Both the position numbers and the translations under genes were made by a program. Positions 13,553 to 28,015 of a stretch of 64,000 nucleotides of DNA are shown here, piece by piece. The notes under the pieces are model-generated. The model ran no database searches. It had not been told where the DNA came from and saw nothing but the letters and a program-made list of their open reading frames with translations. The stretch is from Eledone cirrhosa (Eukaryota), in NCBI GenBank assembly GCA_964016885.1, contig OZ024741.1, positions 114,018,001-114,082,000 of the forward strand, in the 5' to 3' direction. Every line of letters begins with the position of its first letter. The stretch's first letter is position 1.

Positions 13553-15400
13553 AACTATACTTATGTGTGTGAATATATATATTTTAGTGTAGGCTCAATT
13601 GACTCCCCCATATAACAATCTGGAGGGATTCAAACTTAAGATTGTAAAGAGAAACAAACTATTGTTTGACATTAAAGTCTCAGGATTGAATAGATTTATT
13701 CATCTTCTTCCAGCATGGCTACAATATTTCACCAAAGTATTTATTCATGCTTTGTTTGGAATGTTTTAGAATTTATATATATTACCGTACTATAAGTTTA
13801 CTATAAAATGATATAAATAATTATAATATATTTATGGATGGAAAATTAAAAAAACTAGTTATTTTTTCTCCAGTTTTCACAAAACTGAATAAAATTTAAT
13901 TTAGGAAAAAAAAAGCTAAACATAAATAGATAAATAAATAAAATTTAAACTAAAAGGTTTAACAACAATAAACACAATTAATAATGTAGTAGGTAAAACA
14001 AAAAAGAAAAACTACACAACCAACAACAACAATATCAGAATACAAATTTAAAGGCTTTCTTTTTCAGGAATGTATAAATAATAGGGGCAAAAGTTTCAAT
14101 TTTTACCTTACAATGCCAACAAGCATTTTTAGGCCATTTCCCATGCCAAAGCATGAGGTCTTTCCTGAGGCAATGTTTTGCAGTTGGGTGTCCTTCCTGG
14201 CAATAACCCTTTCAGTTGCCTCTTACAACACAGCAGAAATAAAATATTTCTGATGACTAGCAGTAAAAATAAAATTACAGAGGATGAAATTATGTAAAAG
14301 GATTGATCGACCCTAAGCTGTAAATATTACTTTGTTTTCAGGACCTAAACAATATAGATTAAAATTAGAGCGAAATAGAATTGCTTTTTTTTAAAATATA
14401 CTTTTTGGGACATCAAACTGTAGAAACTAAACAAAAAATGAAGTGTAGAAGTGGGATGGAATCATCTGGCCGGTCTGGCCTCATACACCCTGTAAAATAA
14501 ACATTAAACAGTGGTAATGAGGATGATGATGATAACTTTTTTCCTGTAGTGTTTTTCAGTGATGAAAACACACTATTAGCCAGATCATTTCTTAAAACAA
14601 AATAATCAATATGATTGATCTAATTAATGCTTGTAGCATGTGACAGATAAAAAATATGCATAAATTGTTTCCTAATACATAACTGAAATATTATTTTTTC
14701 AATAAATATATGTATCTGGTTTAGAATAGATATACAGTATTCTTGTGTTGTGAGCACTGACTAAAAGGGTTAGTGCCAGGACGGACATCTGGCTGTAAAA
14801 CATTGCCTCAAAAAGTACTCCATACCATGTGACCCATAAAACTAACCTGTTCTTTTAGTAGGGAAAGTAGCTTTAAAATACTTGTAGCCATTAAAAAGTT
14901 AATCCCATGTTTGCTGTAGGTATTCAAATATAACTCTTTCCTGCATACAAAAAAATAATATTCTTAAGCAAACAAAATTGTTTTGGGAATTTAATAGACA
15001 TTAATAAAACTGAGTTATTGAAAACTTTTTTTTTCTCCACAAGGTGTTTATATGCAAATACTTTCCAAAATTTGCCTTCAGGCAAAATCTAGACAGCTTA
15101 TGTTATTGTGTTTAAGGGATTGCAAGACGAAATACACTGTAGAGCTTAACAGAGTATATGGAATGTTTGGAAAGTATAGTAAATAAAAGTAAAATAATTT
15201 GAATCCAATATTTAACAAAAACCAAAATATTATTGGTAAGGCACATGATTAATAAATACCTAGAACAGACAATATTTTAATGTGATGACTTGACTTATCT
15301 GCTATTTAGAATCAATGATAAACAAAGGAAAAATAAATTGAGTGTGTTTTAACCAGTTTGTTATTTGTCTCCATATTTCTAATGAAATACTACCTATGAT

Positions 15401-15438
<38 letters not shown>

Positions 15439-15642
15439 GCTTATGTACATATGATAGCAATGATATGTATCTTTATATGTTTGAATTTGAAAAGTAAAGA
15501 GTACCTTCTGCTAGCTCTAACTTAAAAATATTTATTTTCCCCTTTATTTATTCCTACAGACTTTGCTGGTCTGGAAAATTTATACCATGAGGGAGTCATA
15601 TAATAATTATTCATATTTAAAGAAAAACAAATAACAGGCAAA

Positions 15643-15749
15643 TTATGACATGTCATAGTCAGGAAAGGGAGTTAACAATTGCTTCAAAAAGTTTTCGTAA
15701 TGTACAGGACCATCAGGGGGAATACGAAACTCACGCAGAAGGCTGGTAA
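15643..15749 (-). CDS. CALML4: CALML4 exon 5 (terminal coding exon)
   Basis: Poly-T tract + GCAG acceptor; [35 protein letters not shown]; minus-strand AATAAA at 15543-15548 and 15531-15536. Confidence 0.88.
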
Positions 15750-18700
15750 CTGCAAAAAAAAAAAAAAGAGAAAGAAAGAAAATGACAGAAGTGAATATCA
15801 AGAGAGGTGAATAAATATCACAACTTAGCTTACAACAACAATAACAGGCGTTTGAAGGCAAATTTCCTTGTTAAAACAGGAGTTAGCCTCCATATTTCCC
15901 TAATGCCTTTGTTCACTCACCTACTTCCTGACTTTTCCTCTTCTATCATCTTTAACCACGTCTTTCTTAGTTTTCTTGCTCTATTTCCTCTTGCAATTAT
16001 TTCTCTTACTCCTCTCACCCAGTCACTTTTATCCTTCATCAACACATGACCCAACCAACTCATTCCATTCTCTTTACAACATTCATCACTGGCTCTATTC
16101 TCATCTTTCTTTGCAATTCTTCATCATCATCTGGTTCAACGTCTTTACTTGTCACAAGCATTGAATGATTTGGTAGCCCATTTCAAAGCATCTCTTCAGA
16201 GTGTTCATTCCAGGAATAGGTTATGGTCCAGGATTTCAGATCATCCCTGATTACCACTTCCCGGTCTACAGAGGCCACAATGTTGGTACATCAATATATA
16301 CACCCTGACTACAGTTCACAAACCAACACAGTCTGCAGAATCTTAAAACAGAGTCAAGCACTGGTATCTTCAATTTTTGATAGAGAGATACTATGCTTCC
16401 TAAATATGAATAGAGAAACCATGAACTCACATATGAATAGAATGTATTAGCAGACAAGTCAATAAGGTAACTTCTATGTTGTCTCTCAACCTACTAGAAA
16501 TAACAGCAAAATCACTTTCAAACCATATTCCAGATATGTGTATCCTTAATATAATTTTCAAGGAGATTTAGTGTGAAACAGCTTGTAACACTAAACTAAA
16601 CTACAGATACAACTCATTTTTGCCAGCTGAGTGGACTGGAGCAATGTGAAATAAAGTATCTTGCTCAAGCACTCAATGCACTGCCAGAAATCGAACTCAT
16701 GACTATGATTGTGAGCCGAATATTCTAACCACTGAACCATGTGCCATTACACCATATCCTTCACATTTATACACACACATACACATGGACTTCTGTTGGT
16801 TTCCATGAGGAATGTTCCAGTTGTTCAATCAACAGAACAGCCTGCTCACAAAACTAATGTGTAAGTTGCTGAGCCTAACCCTAATCATAATTCTCAGGGA
16901 GATTTGGCATTAAAATAGCATACAACAGGACCTTTGAATTACAGGTACAAGTATATACATGTATGCACACACAGAATAATATCTAAGAATCACCGATCAT
17001 ATAACTTCTAATAAAGTCATAGAAATGCTATAGTCTTTTTTTAAACCTCGGGAAGTTCATTCCTCTCCAGAATATCTAAAGAATCAATCCTAAAAAGAGT
17101 GAAAGACAACATTGACTCTTTCAACGTTTGAAAATAGAATAATACTTTTCTTCCTATTGTTTAGTTGCAAATATTTTCCAAATCTGTTTCAGACAAAAAG
17201 TAAGTATCTTTTGTAATTGTGCTAATAGTATTTCAAGGGGAAATATGTTATAAGGAACATTTTCAATGTTTGATTTATTATAAGTGTTTTTATTTACCTC
17301 AGCCCACAAGACATACAAAAAACATTTCCTATCTGGCTGGCTCAAAAAGAATGTTTGCTAAGCATTCCATTAACTCATCGAGTGGTCTCCCTTACAGGCA
17401 CATAGAAAAGTGTTATCCTGTGATTTTTAAGCTAGGAGAAATACCATTAGATCATATGACCTGGAGTGCCCATAAATACCATTATGTGTGATTTCAGGCA
17501 GGTCCCAATCCACTATTCATTTTCATTGATGCTTGAAGGAACAAATTGACTGAGGAACAGCTCAGTAAACGTAGCCACAAAACACACACATGTCAAACTT
17601 CTGCACAGTTTCTGTCTACCAGATACCACTCAAAGTATTGATCCAACAAAGATTACAGTGGAAGATGCCCAAGGTGTCACACAATGAGGTTAGAGCCCTA
17701 GAACAACTTGTTTAAAAAGTAAACTTCTTATCACACAATTATAATAATAATAATGAAATATTGTGTAGTGCTCAGGTGCACTACAACTCATCAAAAAGTG
17801 TATGTATAGTACATATGGTAATGTACAAACATCAGGAAAATGAACAGTGCATGAGTCATGATACACACGTGTGCATGTGAATGGAAGGGGTACATCAGGT
17901 GTAGTTTTGGCGTATTTCGGGAAGCATGAGTGTCTTAAAGGATGCAGTGTCTCGGCAGCTAACAACTGATGCAGGCAGTTTGTTCCATGCTTCAGCAACT
18001 CTGAGCGTGAAAAAATGTTTACGAAAGTCATGGGAGCTGTGCTGTTTTCTGATTTTGTAGGCATGTCCACGTGTGTTAGACATATGGAGACCAAAAAGGT
18101 GCTCAGGGTTGCAATTGGCGAGATGGTTAATAACTTTGTAGGTATTTACCAAGTCCATTGCCAGACGTCGGAGCTTCAATGAATCCATGCCCAGGGAAGC
18201 AAGGCGTTCAGAGTATGGTGTCTGATGGAGGGTATGCGCTTGGTTGCACGTCTCTGAACTGTTTCCAGGAGGTCAATGTTCTGAGCAAGATAGGGGTTCC
18301 AGACTGATGATGCGGATTCCAAGTGTGGTCGTACCATAGCTGTATACAGTTTTAAATAGATGGCTGGAGAGCGGCTAACAAAGGTCTTGCTGAGTGATGC
18401 CAAGACACCTTATGTCTTTGGTTTTTCTTTCTTCTTTTCATGCTCTATTTTTTTTTTTATTATATTTTCTCTTTACTTATAGATATGCAGCTATTTCAGT
18501 TTCCACATACTTGTCAAACCAAACAAGTTCAGCTTTAAAATAATTAGAATTTCTAATTAAAAAAATATTTATTTTATTTAGTACAGGTACAACACCGATT
18601 TTCTGGGACCTTTGGCTCCGGACCCAATCTGAATTAACTGTTTTGTTGGACTAACATTCACCATGTCATAATAATTCAGGATATATGACTAGGATACTGC

Positions 18701-21700
18701 CATAACATTGTTAATAACATTTTGTTACCAAACCTTCACAACATATCTATGTTTATTCCTTAAAAATAGATTATGAAGACAGAAATATTCCTCCAACATC
18801 TAAGCTATAATTACACAAGGATACAAATGTTTTGACACTTGCACTATGCTTGGATGTCATGCCATAAGTAATTGTGAAGTAAATCTTATCCTTTCTTCAG
18901 TTGTCCAGTGGGACACCCCACCGTTTCCACACATTGCTTCCATTCATCATGGTCATTCATGAAGGTCTTGAGCTCCTCTACTGTCTCCATCTTTGTGTCT
19001 TCTAGCAGAGTATCCACATAAGTGATTTTTCTCCTTCCTTTACAGGTTCTTCCTTCAGTAGGTTGCCAGAGTACTAACTTGTTTACCACCTCATCATTGT
19101 GTCTGATGCAGCGGCCTGCAAGTCATGTGGTAAAATAGAATTTCTAAATTCACTAGAGTTGCAGCAGCTGCCCATATCTAAATATTTAGATGACTGCACA
19201 TAATACACAGTGCCCCCTGTAAACTACTCTGGTGAGTTTCCAGGAATTCAACTGTCTGCTCACAATTATGAATCGTAATAGTTCCAATCAGCTCAAGTTT
19301 GAAATCAATATTGAATACAAACATTCCGAATATGTTGTCACATTTGCCTTAAATCTCAAGTGTGCTCAAATTTCGCTACCCTAATGATACAGCCACAGAT
19401 GGTGTAGAGAGGGGAAATGCTCTTTACAAGCCCTTTACAGGTCTTCAGGCACTGGCCACCTTGTGGTTTCAGCAGACAGAATGGAGAAAGTAATGGAATA
19501 GCCATTCCAACTTGCAGGGCTCACACCTGTGAGTCGCCAAGTGCACCTGCTTGCTGCTGGAGAAGGTATCACTGTATATTGTATCTCAGAATGGTAATAG
19601 CGTGATGCCATCTGGCCTTCTGCCACCTCCTCAATGCAGCCCCACCAAACTTGTAAGGGAAGCTTGCAGTAACCAAGCCATGCTTAATGATCTTGTTGAG
19701 AGGAGCATGTCAGGATTAAAAGAAGTGCTAGACCCTCAGTTGTCAGGAAATCAAAGTTTTACTTGTATATGAATTCAAAATAAATTTTCCTTTTTTTTGG
19801 TATATGAACTTTTGGCTTGGTACACCATATCACTGTGTTGCAAGAGGCAACTAAAAGGGTTGATGCAAAGAAGAGCATCTGGCTGTAAAACATTTCCTCA
19901 AAAAGGACCCTGTGATAAGAATAAGTCTATTATGGGGCTCACAAGCCTTAGAATGTTTATTATTGTTGTTGTTGTTGTTGATGATGTTTAATATGTGATT
20001 TCAATATTTCATCAAGAATTTGGAAGGATTTTGTAATATAATTAACTGTATGCTGTTAAGTGGAATATAACTTAATAAAGGTCCTTACATAAAATTATTG
20101 GTTTGGTATCAAAAGGGTTAATTAAAATAGATGCAATAATATTCAATTAACTATGTATAACTAATCTAACATAACCACAAAATAAAGGTTAGATTATTCA
20201 AATATACAGTGGAATCAATCTTACTGTATTCCTATGAATCATGGTCGGTGATAATACCTATCATCAAAGCTTTAGATGGTTGCTACACTCGAATGCTAAC
20301 GATAAAAACATCAAACCTATCAACTGTGTTAGAAATAAAATTCTCTACACCAACCTCCCACCCATTAGCCACATCATCCATATCGGGCATCTTCAACTTG
20401 CTGGTTATGTCATGAGAGGTAACGAACCTGCTACAAAACTTTTACTATGGGAGCCCACTAATATGAAACGCAAACATGGAAGCCCTCTCAAGACATTAAA
20501 GAGAGTCATTGAGGAAGACATAGAATCATGTGTTGAGGTGTGAGCCCTGCAAGTTGGAATGACTATTCCATTACTTTTTCCATTCTGTCTGCTGAAACCA
20601 CAAGGTGGCCAGTGCCTGAAGACCTGTAAAGGGCTTGTAAAGAGCATTTCCCCTCTCCACACCATCTGTGGCTATATCATTAGGGTAGCGAAATTTGAGC
20701 ACACTTGAGACAACATATTCGGAATGTTTGTATTCAATATTGATTTCAAACTTAGTTAATGTTGGGTTGAGTGAGATGGAAAGGTTTTATCATGTCACCA
20801 CAAAGAAGTGGATGAAATTAGTAATAGTAGTAGTAATCATTTATAACTGTACAGTAAACTATTGATAAAGAGGAGATGGAGGATTATGTACCTTCATTGT
20901 CAGTAAGTTTATCTCCAATGTTGGTAAGGATGTGTCGAAGTTCTTTAGCAGAGACATAGCCTTTCTTGTCGATGTCATGCATTTGGAATGCTTGCAGAAT
21001 CTCTTGCTTTGCATCCTCTGACTGGCTGTGTTCATGGAGTACATCCAAGAATGAGGCAAAGTTGATCTTTCCATCTTCTGAAGAAGCAATAAAGATAAAT
21101 CAAAGAACTATCAAACAACAATATGATCTGATCTTTTTTATGGATTTACTGTAACTAACTGCATCTTTTTTCTTTTTTAGTCACAGTTTAGATAGCACTC
21201 AACCACAGATGGAAGATATTATATTGCATTTGTGTCAACAAAAAGCACCAAGTTTACCATGTACGGTGGTGGTGCAAGTGTCACAATTAAAGCACCCAGT
21301 CCACCCTATAAGGTGATCATGCTAGTACATGACAAAAGGCATCTAGTCCACCCTGTAAAGTGGTCATGCTAGTACCACAACAAAAGGAACCCAGTCTATC
21401 CTCTAAGATGGTCATGCTGGTGTCATGACAAAATGCATCCAGGCCACTTTGTAAGATGGTTGTCATTTAGAAGGGTATCCAACCATAGAAAACTAAGCCA
21501 AAAAGAGAATATCTGACCTGCTTGCCTCATAACATGACAGCCTGTCTAACCTATGCAAGCATGGAAAATAGATGGTAAATGATAATGATGATGGTGTCAT
21601 ATATAATCATATGTAAAAGCTTTTTAATCTTAGGTGCTTGGCTTAATCTGTAACCAAATTTAACATCACTACCTGGCCCTTATGGGGCTTTTATCAGTTA

Positions 21701-24700
21701 GTATTTGTGCCAGGTACCCAGTTTGAAGATAACATTCACCTTCCTACTAACCAGTCTAGGTAGTCCTGAAAAGGGCTTTTCTGACAGAACATGCAACCTT
21801 TTTTCATCATATCTGTAACAATTTGATTACTGAAGGCATGGTTACTAATCTTATGCTCCATCTCTCCTCCTTTCTCAATGTGGCCTGGATATCAACCTGG
21901 AATTTCGAAGTCAAGGAAGGAGAACCCATAACTCTGAAAGAGGGTCCATTCCAGGTACTGTCAGCCAGAACTAGCTAACTCATGTAGGGCAAGGTTGCCG
22001 TGCCCAATAATTGAAGTGCCCAATAACTGAAGTAGCTATCCATGGAAAGAGGCCCATTTCAAGTACAGTCAACTGGAGCCAGTTGAGTCTGAGAGTCACT
22101 CATGCAAGACAGGTATATCACACCCTAGAGTAATGACTAAAGTCACTACCAACTACCTAAATAGATAGTCAAACATTAACTGAATGATCACTCAATATAT
22201 ATAAGTAGAGTATAGAATTGACAGTGACTTAGACGTTTTGCCAGTGCCTGATACACACACATAAAGAGAAAATTTCTGTGTATGAGTGGAACACAACATA
22301 AAGAAAATGAGGAAATTAAGGAAAATGTCAGGCATAAATAGAAATAGGGAGTAAAAAGGAATTAATGAGAGGGACTAAAGATAAATAACAGCATTAAAAA
22401 CAATAGAGAGAGAAAAAGAGATGAATAAATGAGGTGACTACCTACCATCCTTGTATTTCTCCAAGTATTTGGCAATTTCTATTCTAGTTGGGCTGAAGCC
22501 AAGGGAACGCATGATCAGGGATAACTCATCTTCTTGGCTGATGTAGTTACGTTTGGCATTAAATCTAAAACATTCTTTGTACTCTGTAATAACATATCAA
22601 ATATTGCTTTATTTTAACTAGGCACAAAGAAAGTAAATAAAGAGTGAAAGAAAATATATATAGGTACAGGCATGGTTGCATGGTTAAGGAGTTCGCTTTG
22701 CAACTATTTGGTTTCGGGTTCACTCCCACATTGTGGAACTTTTAACAAGTTAGTCCCATTTGAGGCAAGTTTGATCGGGTGACAGTGACTCATTTGTATA
22801 GGACTTTTTATGGCTGGTTTTCTATGCCCTTCCTAACACCAACCATTTACAGTGCGAGCTGGGTGGTTTTTGCCATGTCTCCTACACGACCCCTTTACAG
22901 TACGGGCTGGATGTTTTGTGGTACCAACATAACTTTACAGAGTAAGGGTGGTGTGGGCGGAAGTGGGAGGGGTGTGTGTGCGTGTGTGTGTGGGGGGGTG
23001 AATATTGGCTTAAGAGGTGCCTAAAAGGCGGGTCTTCTGTATTACTGCATAGCACCAAAGATCTCGATCCTGTGTCATTGTCTTAGAGAGGTCCAAGTGT
23101 GCAAAGTCAGCTTTTATCACCTCGTCCTAGGTCTTTTGGGGTCTACCTACTCTGTAGCTTCCATCAACTTTGATTGCCCTGCACTTTTTTATACAGCTGT
23201 CGTCCTTCATACACATCACATGACCATACCAACACAATCTCCTCTCTAGTATATATATATATATATGACCATGGGTTTTGCCCCAAGAAAATTTCCCTCT
23301 GAGGCACTATCCTGATCAAGGGGTTTTTGTGGAGAACCAGCAGTCGACCTTCTCCACACCGCTGATGTTGTCCAAGGGAAAGGCCGATACAGCTTGGCAC
23401 CAGAGACGTCACAATACATTTCTGCATCTGAGTGAACTGGTGCAACATGGAATATAGTGTCTTGTTCAAGGATACAACGTATCACCCGGTCCAGAAATCA
23501 AACTCACAACTTCACTACAGTGAATCCATCACTCTAAACACCAAGTCACATATCTTCACATTATATAATAAATTCTGATTATGGAAATTGAATTTGACAT
23601 CAAAAGGTCTGAAAGTAAACTTAACCAAAACTAACATGCTAGTGAGTAGGAAAGAAGATAGGACCCAGATTCCTTCATGAAAGTGGCCCTGCTCAATAAG
23701 AAAAGGAGAAGGCATAAACTCCATAGAATGTACACAATGTAAATCTTGGTATACAAAAGATGTAGTGGGATAACGAGTAGAGTAACGGAGAACTTTGCAT
23801 ATAGAAGATACACAGGAGTAATTGAGAGGAAGAATGCTAATGATATAAACCTTTTCCAGTCACAGGAAGGGTCATTAGATGTGGTTGATAGCTTCTGCGA
23901 TCTAGGTGACTTAAGTAGCTGAGGAGAAGGGTGTATTGAAAGTATGATAACTAAAATAAGGATAGGATGAAAGAAGTTTAGAGAGCTACTCCCACTGTTA
24001 ACCACAAAAGGTTCCTTCCTATGTATAAAAGGACACCTGTGTGCAAAATGCAATGCTGCATGGCAGTGAAGCATGGGCTGTGACTGCAGAGGATATGCGT
24101 AGACTGGAGAGAAATGAAGCAACATGCGCCATTGGATGTGTAATGTAAGTGTGAGAGAAAAGCAGAGCTTGAACAAGCTGAGGGAGAAGCTGGGTTTCAG
24201 AGGAATCCAAGGTGGTCTGCAGGAGAGAAGACTGCATTGGTATGGACATGTGATGCACATGGACAGTGACTGCTGGGTGAAGAAATGCCAGGAAATCTCA
24301 ATGGAAAGAAGCAGCAGTAAAAGAAGACCAAGAAAGACCTGGGCAGAAGTTGTGAGAGCTGAATAAATCACTAAGACTAGCAGAGGAGATGACAAAAGAA
24401 TGCGACCAGTGGAGAGATGCCATGCTGAGAAGGACCCATCCAACCCATGCAAGCTTGGAAAAACGGACGTAAAAATGATAATGATATTACTAAAGGAGTT
24501 ATTGCACAACTAATTAAGGATAGATTTAACATAGACAAGATGCAGTTTAGCTTTATACCAAGTAAAGGTAACACAGATGCCCTCAGCCTTCTGAGACAGC
24601 TTCAGAAGTGCCTAAGAGTATGCCCCCCCCCCTACCTAGTGTGGCTTGTGAAGGTAATAACTGTAACAAGTTCAATCTTTCTAAACCTATTACTTATAGT

Positions 24701-27700
24701 GATCAACTGCTGTAACAGTTATTTTCAGTATTTGTTCTCACATTTCAAATATATATATACACACACCCACACACATATATACACAAACACACACACATAT
24801 ATATATTATCAACACTAAAAGAAAATTCAATTTACACTGAAAACCCAATATGACAAGATTGGTTCCTTCTAATATCATTCTTGGTGTATGACACACTTCA
24901 ATGTCTTTTATGTATTGTATTTACAACATCAAAATATAACAGAAGTTATGAGTAAAATGTAAAAAAAAAAAAAAAAAAAGAGAAAAGAAAAAAAATTGTA
25001 GTACAACTGGCTAAACAAGTAACAAGAATGTAATCAAACACGTTTGTGGGAGTTATTAATTATTGGGAGTTTTTAAGGGCAATCAGCTCAAAACAGTGAT
25101 TTCAATGTCACATATCTAAAAGTTTCATGATCAAACAGAGACAATGTAGGGTTTGAGAGGGCTCTCTTGTCTGGCTGTTCAAATGACAGCCTTTCTAGTG
25201 CTGGTGCTTAATAAAATCTTTCCAGTACACTCTGTGAAGTGTTAATGCTGGAACCATGATAAAATGTACCGTTATACTTTGTAAAGAGTATAGTATTGGT
25301 ATTATGATAAAATGTATTGACCCAAGAAGAATCAAAAATTCTAGTAAGTGGTAAGGAAAATAAGGCCCTGATACCTTCTGAGAAATGGCCCTGTTCAGTG
25401 TGAAGGAAAGGGTTGGGTAGAAATTCCATCCTCTGTCTCAAATGCAAGCTATGGGTACACAAGTGATGTGAGATCTCAAGTAGAACGTAGGTTTTACTTG
25501 TGGGTGTTGCACAGGAGCAGTAAGTAACAAACGCTCACAGGAAACAAGTGCTATCAAATTCTTGGAAGGTTCCGTAGCAGTTGACAGCTTCTGCTACCTA
25601 GGAGACGTAATAAGCCATGGAGGTAGGTATGCCAAAAGAATGGTAGCCAGAGTGAGGACAGGATGGAAAAAGTTCAGGGAGCTACTACTGCTGCTATCTA
25701 GAAAAGGTTTTCCCCTCAAGATTGTATGATGTGCATATACAAACAGCAATATTACACAGTAATGAGACCTGGCACTGTGTGCAGAGGACCTGGTGAAGAT
25801 TGGACAGAAATGAAACTGGCATGCTTCGATAGATGTGTAATAGTAATATACGTGAACAGCAAAGCATGAATAAACAGAGAGAAACTGGGCATAAGAGGTA
25901 TCAGATGCAGTGTGCAGGAAAGGAGACTGCATTGGTATGGACATGTGATGTGTATCATCATCGTTTAACGTCCATCTTCCACGCTACTCAAATACCGGTC
26001 ACCCTCCGACCGGTATTTGAGGTTGGTGGTTGTACCCTTGGCAGTGGAGACTTCTGGTGTCCTTGGCCCTAGAGCTACCTCCCCACTTACCACCATAGGC
26101 GCTGAGCTGGCCAACCGCAGGTGTGAGCCCCGCGAGTTGGAGTGGCTTTTCCAGCGCATCTCTCTTGCCGTCTTCCAGGGAAACGCCTTCTCCATTCTGT
26201 CTGCCAGGGCTGTGGGGAAGCCCCATTACGTATCATTCCACTGAATCACGTTTTGAAAGTTACCTTCTATTTGTGTTCCACAACAGTTAATAAACCATTA
26301 CGGAAGACACGTATTTCACCTTGCGGATAGTATACCTAAATGTTATTATAACAATTTACTATTTCATGATTTGACATTCTGCACGTGTTATCTTCTAAAC
26401 TAAAATAGGCACACAATGAATCAAGTTATTTTACTAAATAACAGTGAAAGGTATTTTGTCCAATACTCCAGACATCATCCCTAAAAAAGAAAAGGAAAAG
26501 AAAAACTACCATTCTAAACCCGTCTAAAAGAAATAATTGTTTCTACTTTTGGTACATTACTGGTACTAAGAAATAATGAAGACAAAGAGAAAGAAAAGAA
26601 ATTAAATATTTTATGAAACAAAGCTATTTTTCCAGTAATAATGACTATTAGCTAACCTGTTTCTTTCTTTTTCTTTGTTGTTGCTTTGTTTTTCAATTAT
26701 TTTACTATTTAAAATCAGACGATTTTATCTATAAAATGACCGAGTTTACTTGGAATTAAATACAAATGAATTTACACCAGTATATACAAACTCGTATTAA
26801 CGATGGAATGGACCTCCGTCGGTTTCGAGCACGAGGTGGTCCAGTTGTTCTGCCAGCGGAACAGCCTGCTTAGACACGTGTACCCTCAACATAATTCGGG
26901 TGACAATATATAACATAGCTGACCCTTTGAATTAAGAATACACTCATGTCTCAACTCAAGGTTATGGCAAATGTTACCTGCTCAAGTTGCCACGCAGTGT
27001 GATAGAAACCAGGACCTAATGATTGGGAAACTAACCCGTTAACCATACAGCCAAGCTGCGGCTACTGATGATTAGCTACATGACCATTGGAACATGCCGT
27101 CTAACCCAACAACTGATCAGCAACAGCATAAATAAGTCGGCAAAAGCATGTTGGTGCTTTCTTTCACCCACCTACGGAATACATAAATAAATACGACAGA
27201 CTTTTATACATAAATAACATTACAAATTCCTCACAATTCTTTATATTTGAGTGACAAGGTATATATATATATATATCATTCGTTGTGTTCATAGTGTTTG
27301 GCAGTAGTATATATACTGGTTGGATGCCCTTCCTAACGCATTATTAATAATAAATCTTCAAATGAGGAAATGAAAATACCTCCACTACGTACATCAATGC
27401 TGTTTGGCGATACTAACGCGGGTGCCAAATACTGTTAAGAGAGCGTTGAGATCTCTAGCCGGCATCTGTTACGGCTCACAACTGCTTACTTTTAAACAGT
27501 CTAATATGAGAAGAAACTTCATAGGAGATTTCTTATTTTAACTATAGGGACCCTGCGTGCAACCTATGTGTGTGTACGCACACACACACATATCGATTAT
27601 TCCTCTATATCTCTTTTTCGATTCTTCTCTATCACTCTCCTTCGCTGAAAGAAATTCGCTAGTTCAGACCTGGTGAGGGATGGACTAAGCCAGGTTCAAA

Positions 27701-27950
27701 ATACCCAGGGCACGACATAACAGCTGCGAATCAATCAGGAATTACGGGTTCACAACACACACAGTTGCTTAGTTAATTCAGTGGGAATATTTTCGGCGTT
27801 TCAAGAGAGACTAAGTTTACATAATATAAATAGATATAGATAAAAACTATGATCGAAATTGTGGCCGTTTAAAAAGAAAATTGCAGAATCAATGTTTTGT
27901 AATAATATTCCGGCCGAATAATCAGAATCTGTCTTTGTATCCATGCACTG

Positions 27951-28015
<65 letters not shown>

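Noticed and set aside
23631-24509. 292-aa hydrophobic ORF on the minus strand
   Set aside because: Antisense shadow of a degenerate RTE LINE on the plus strand
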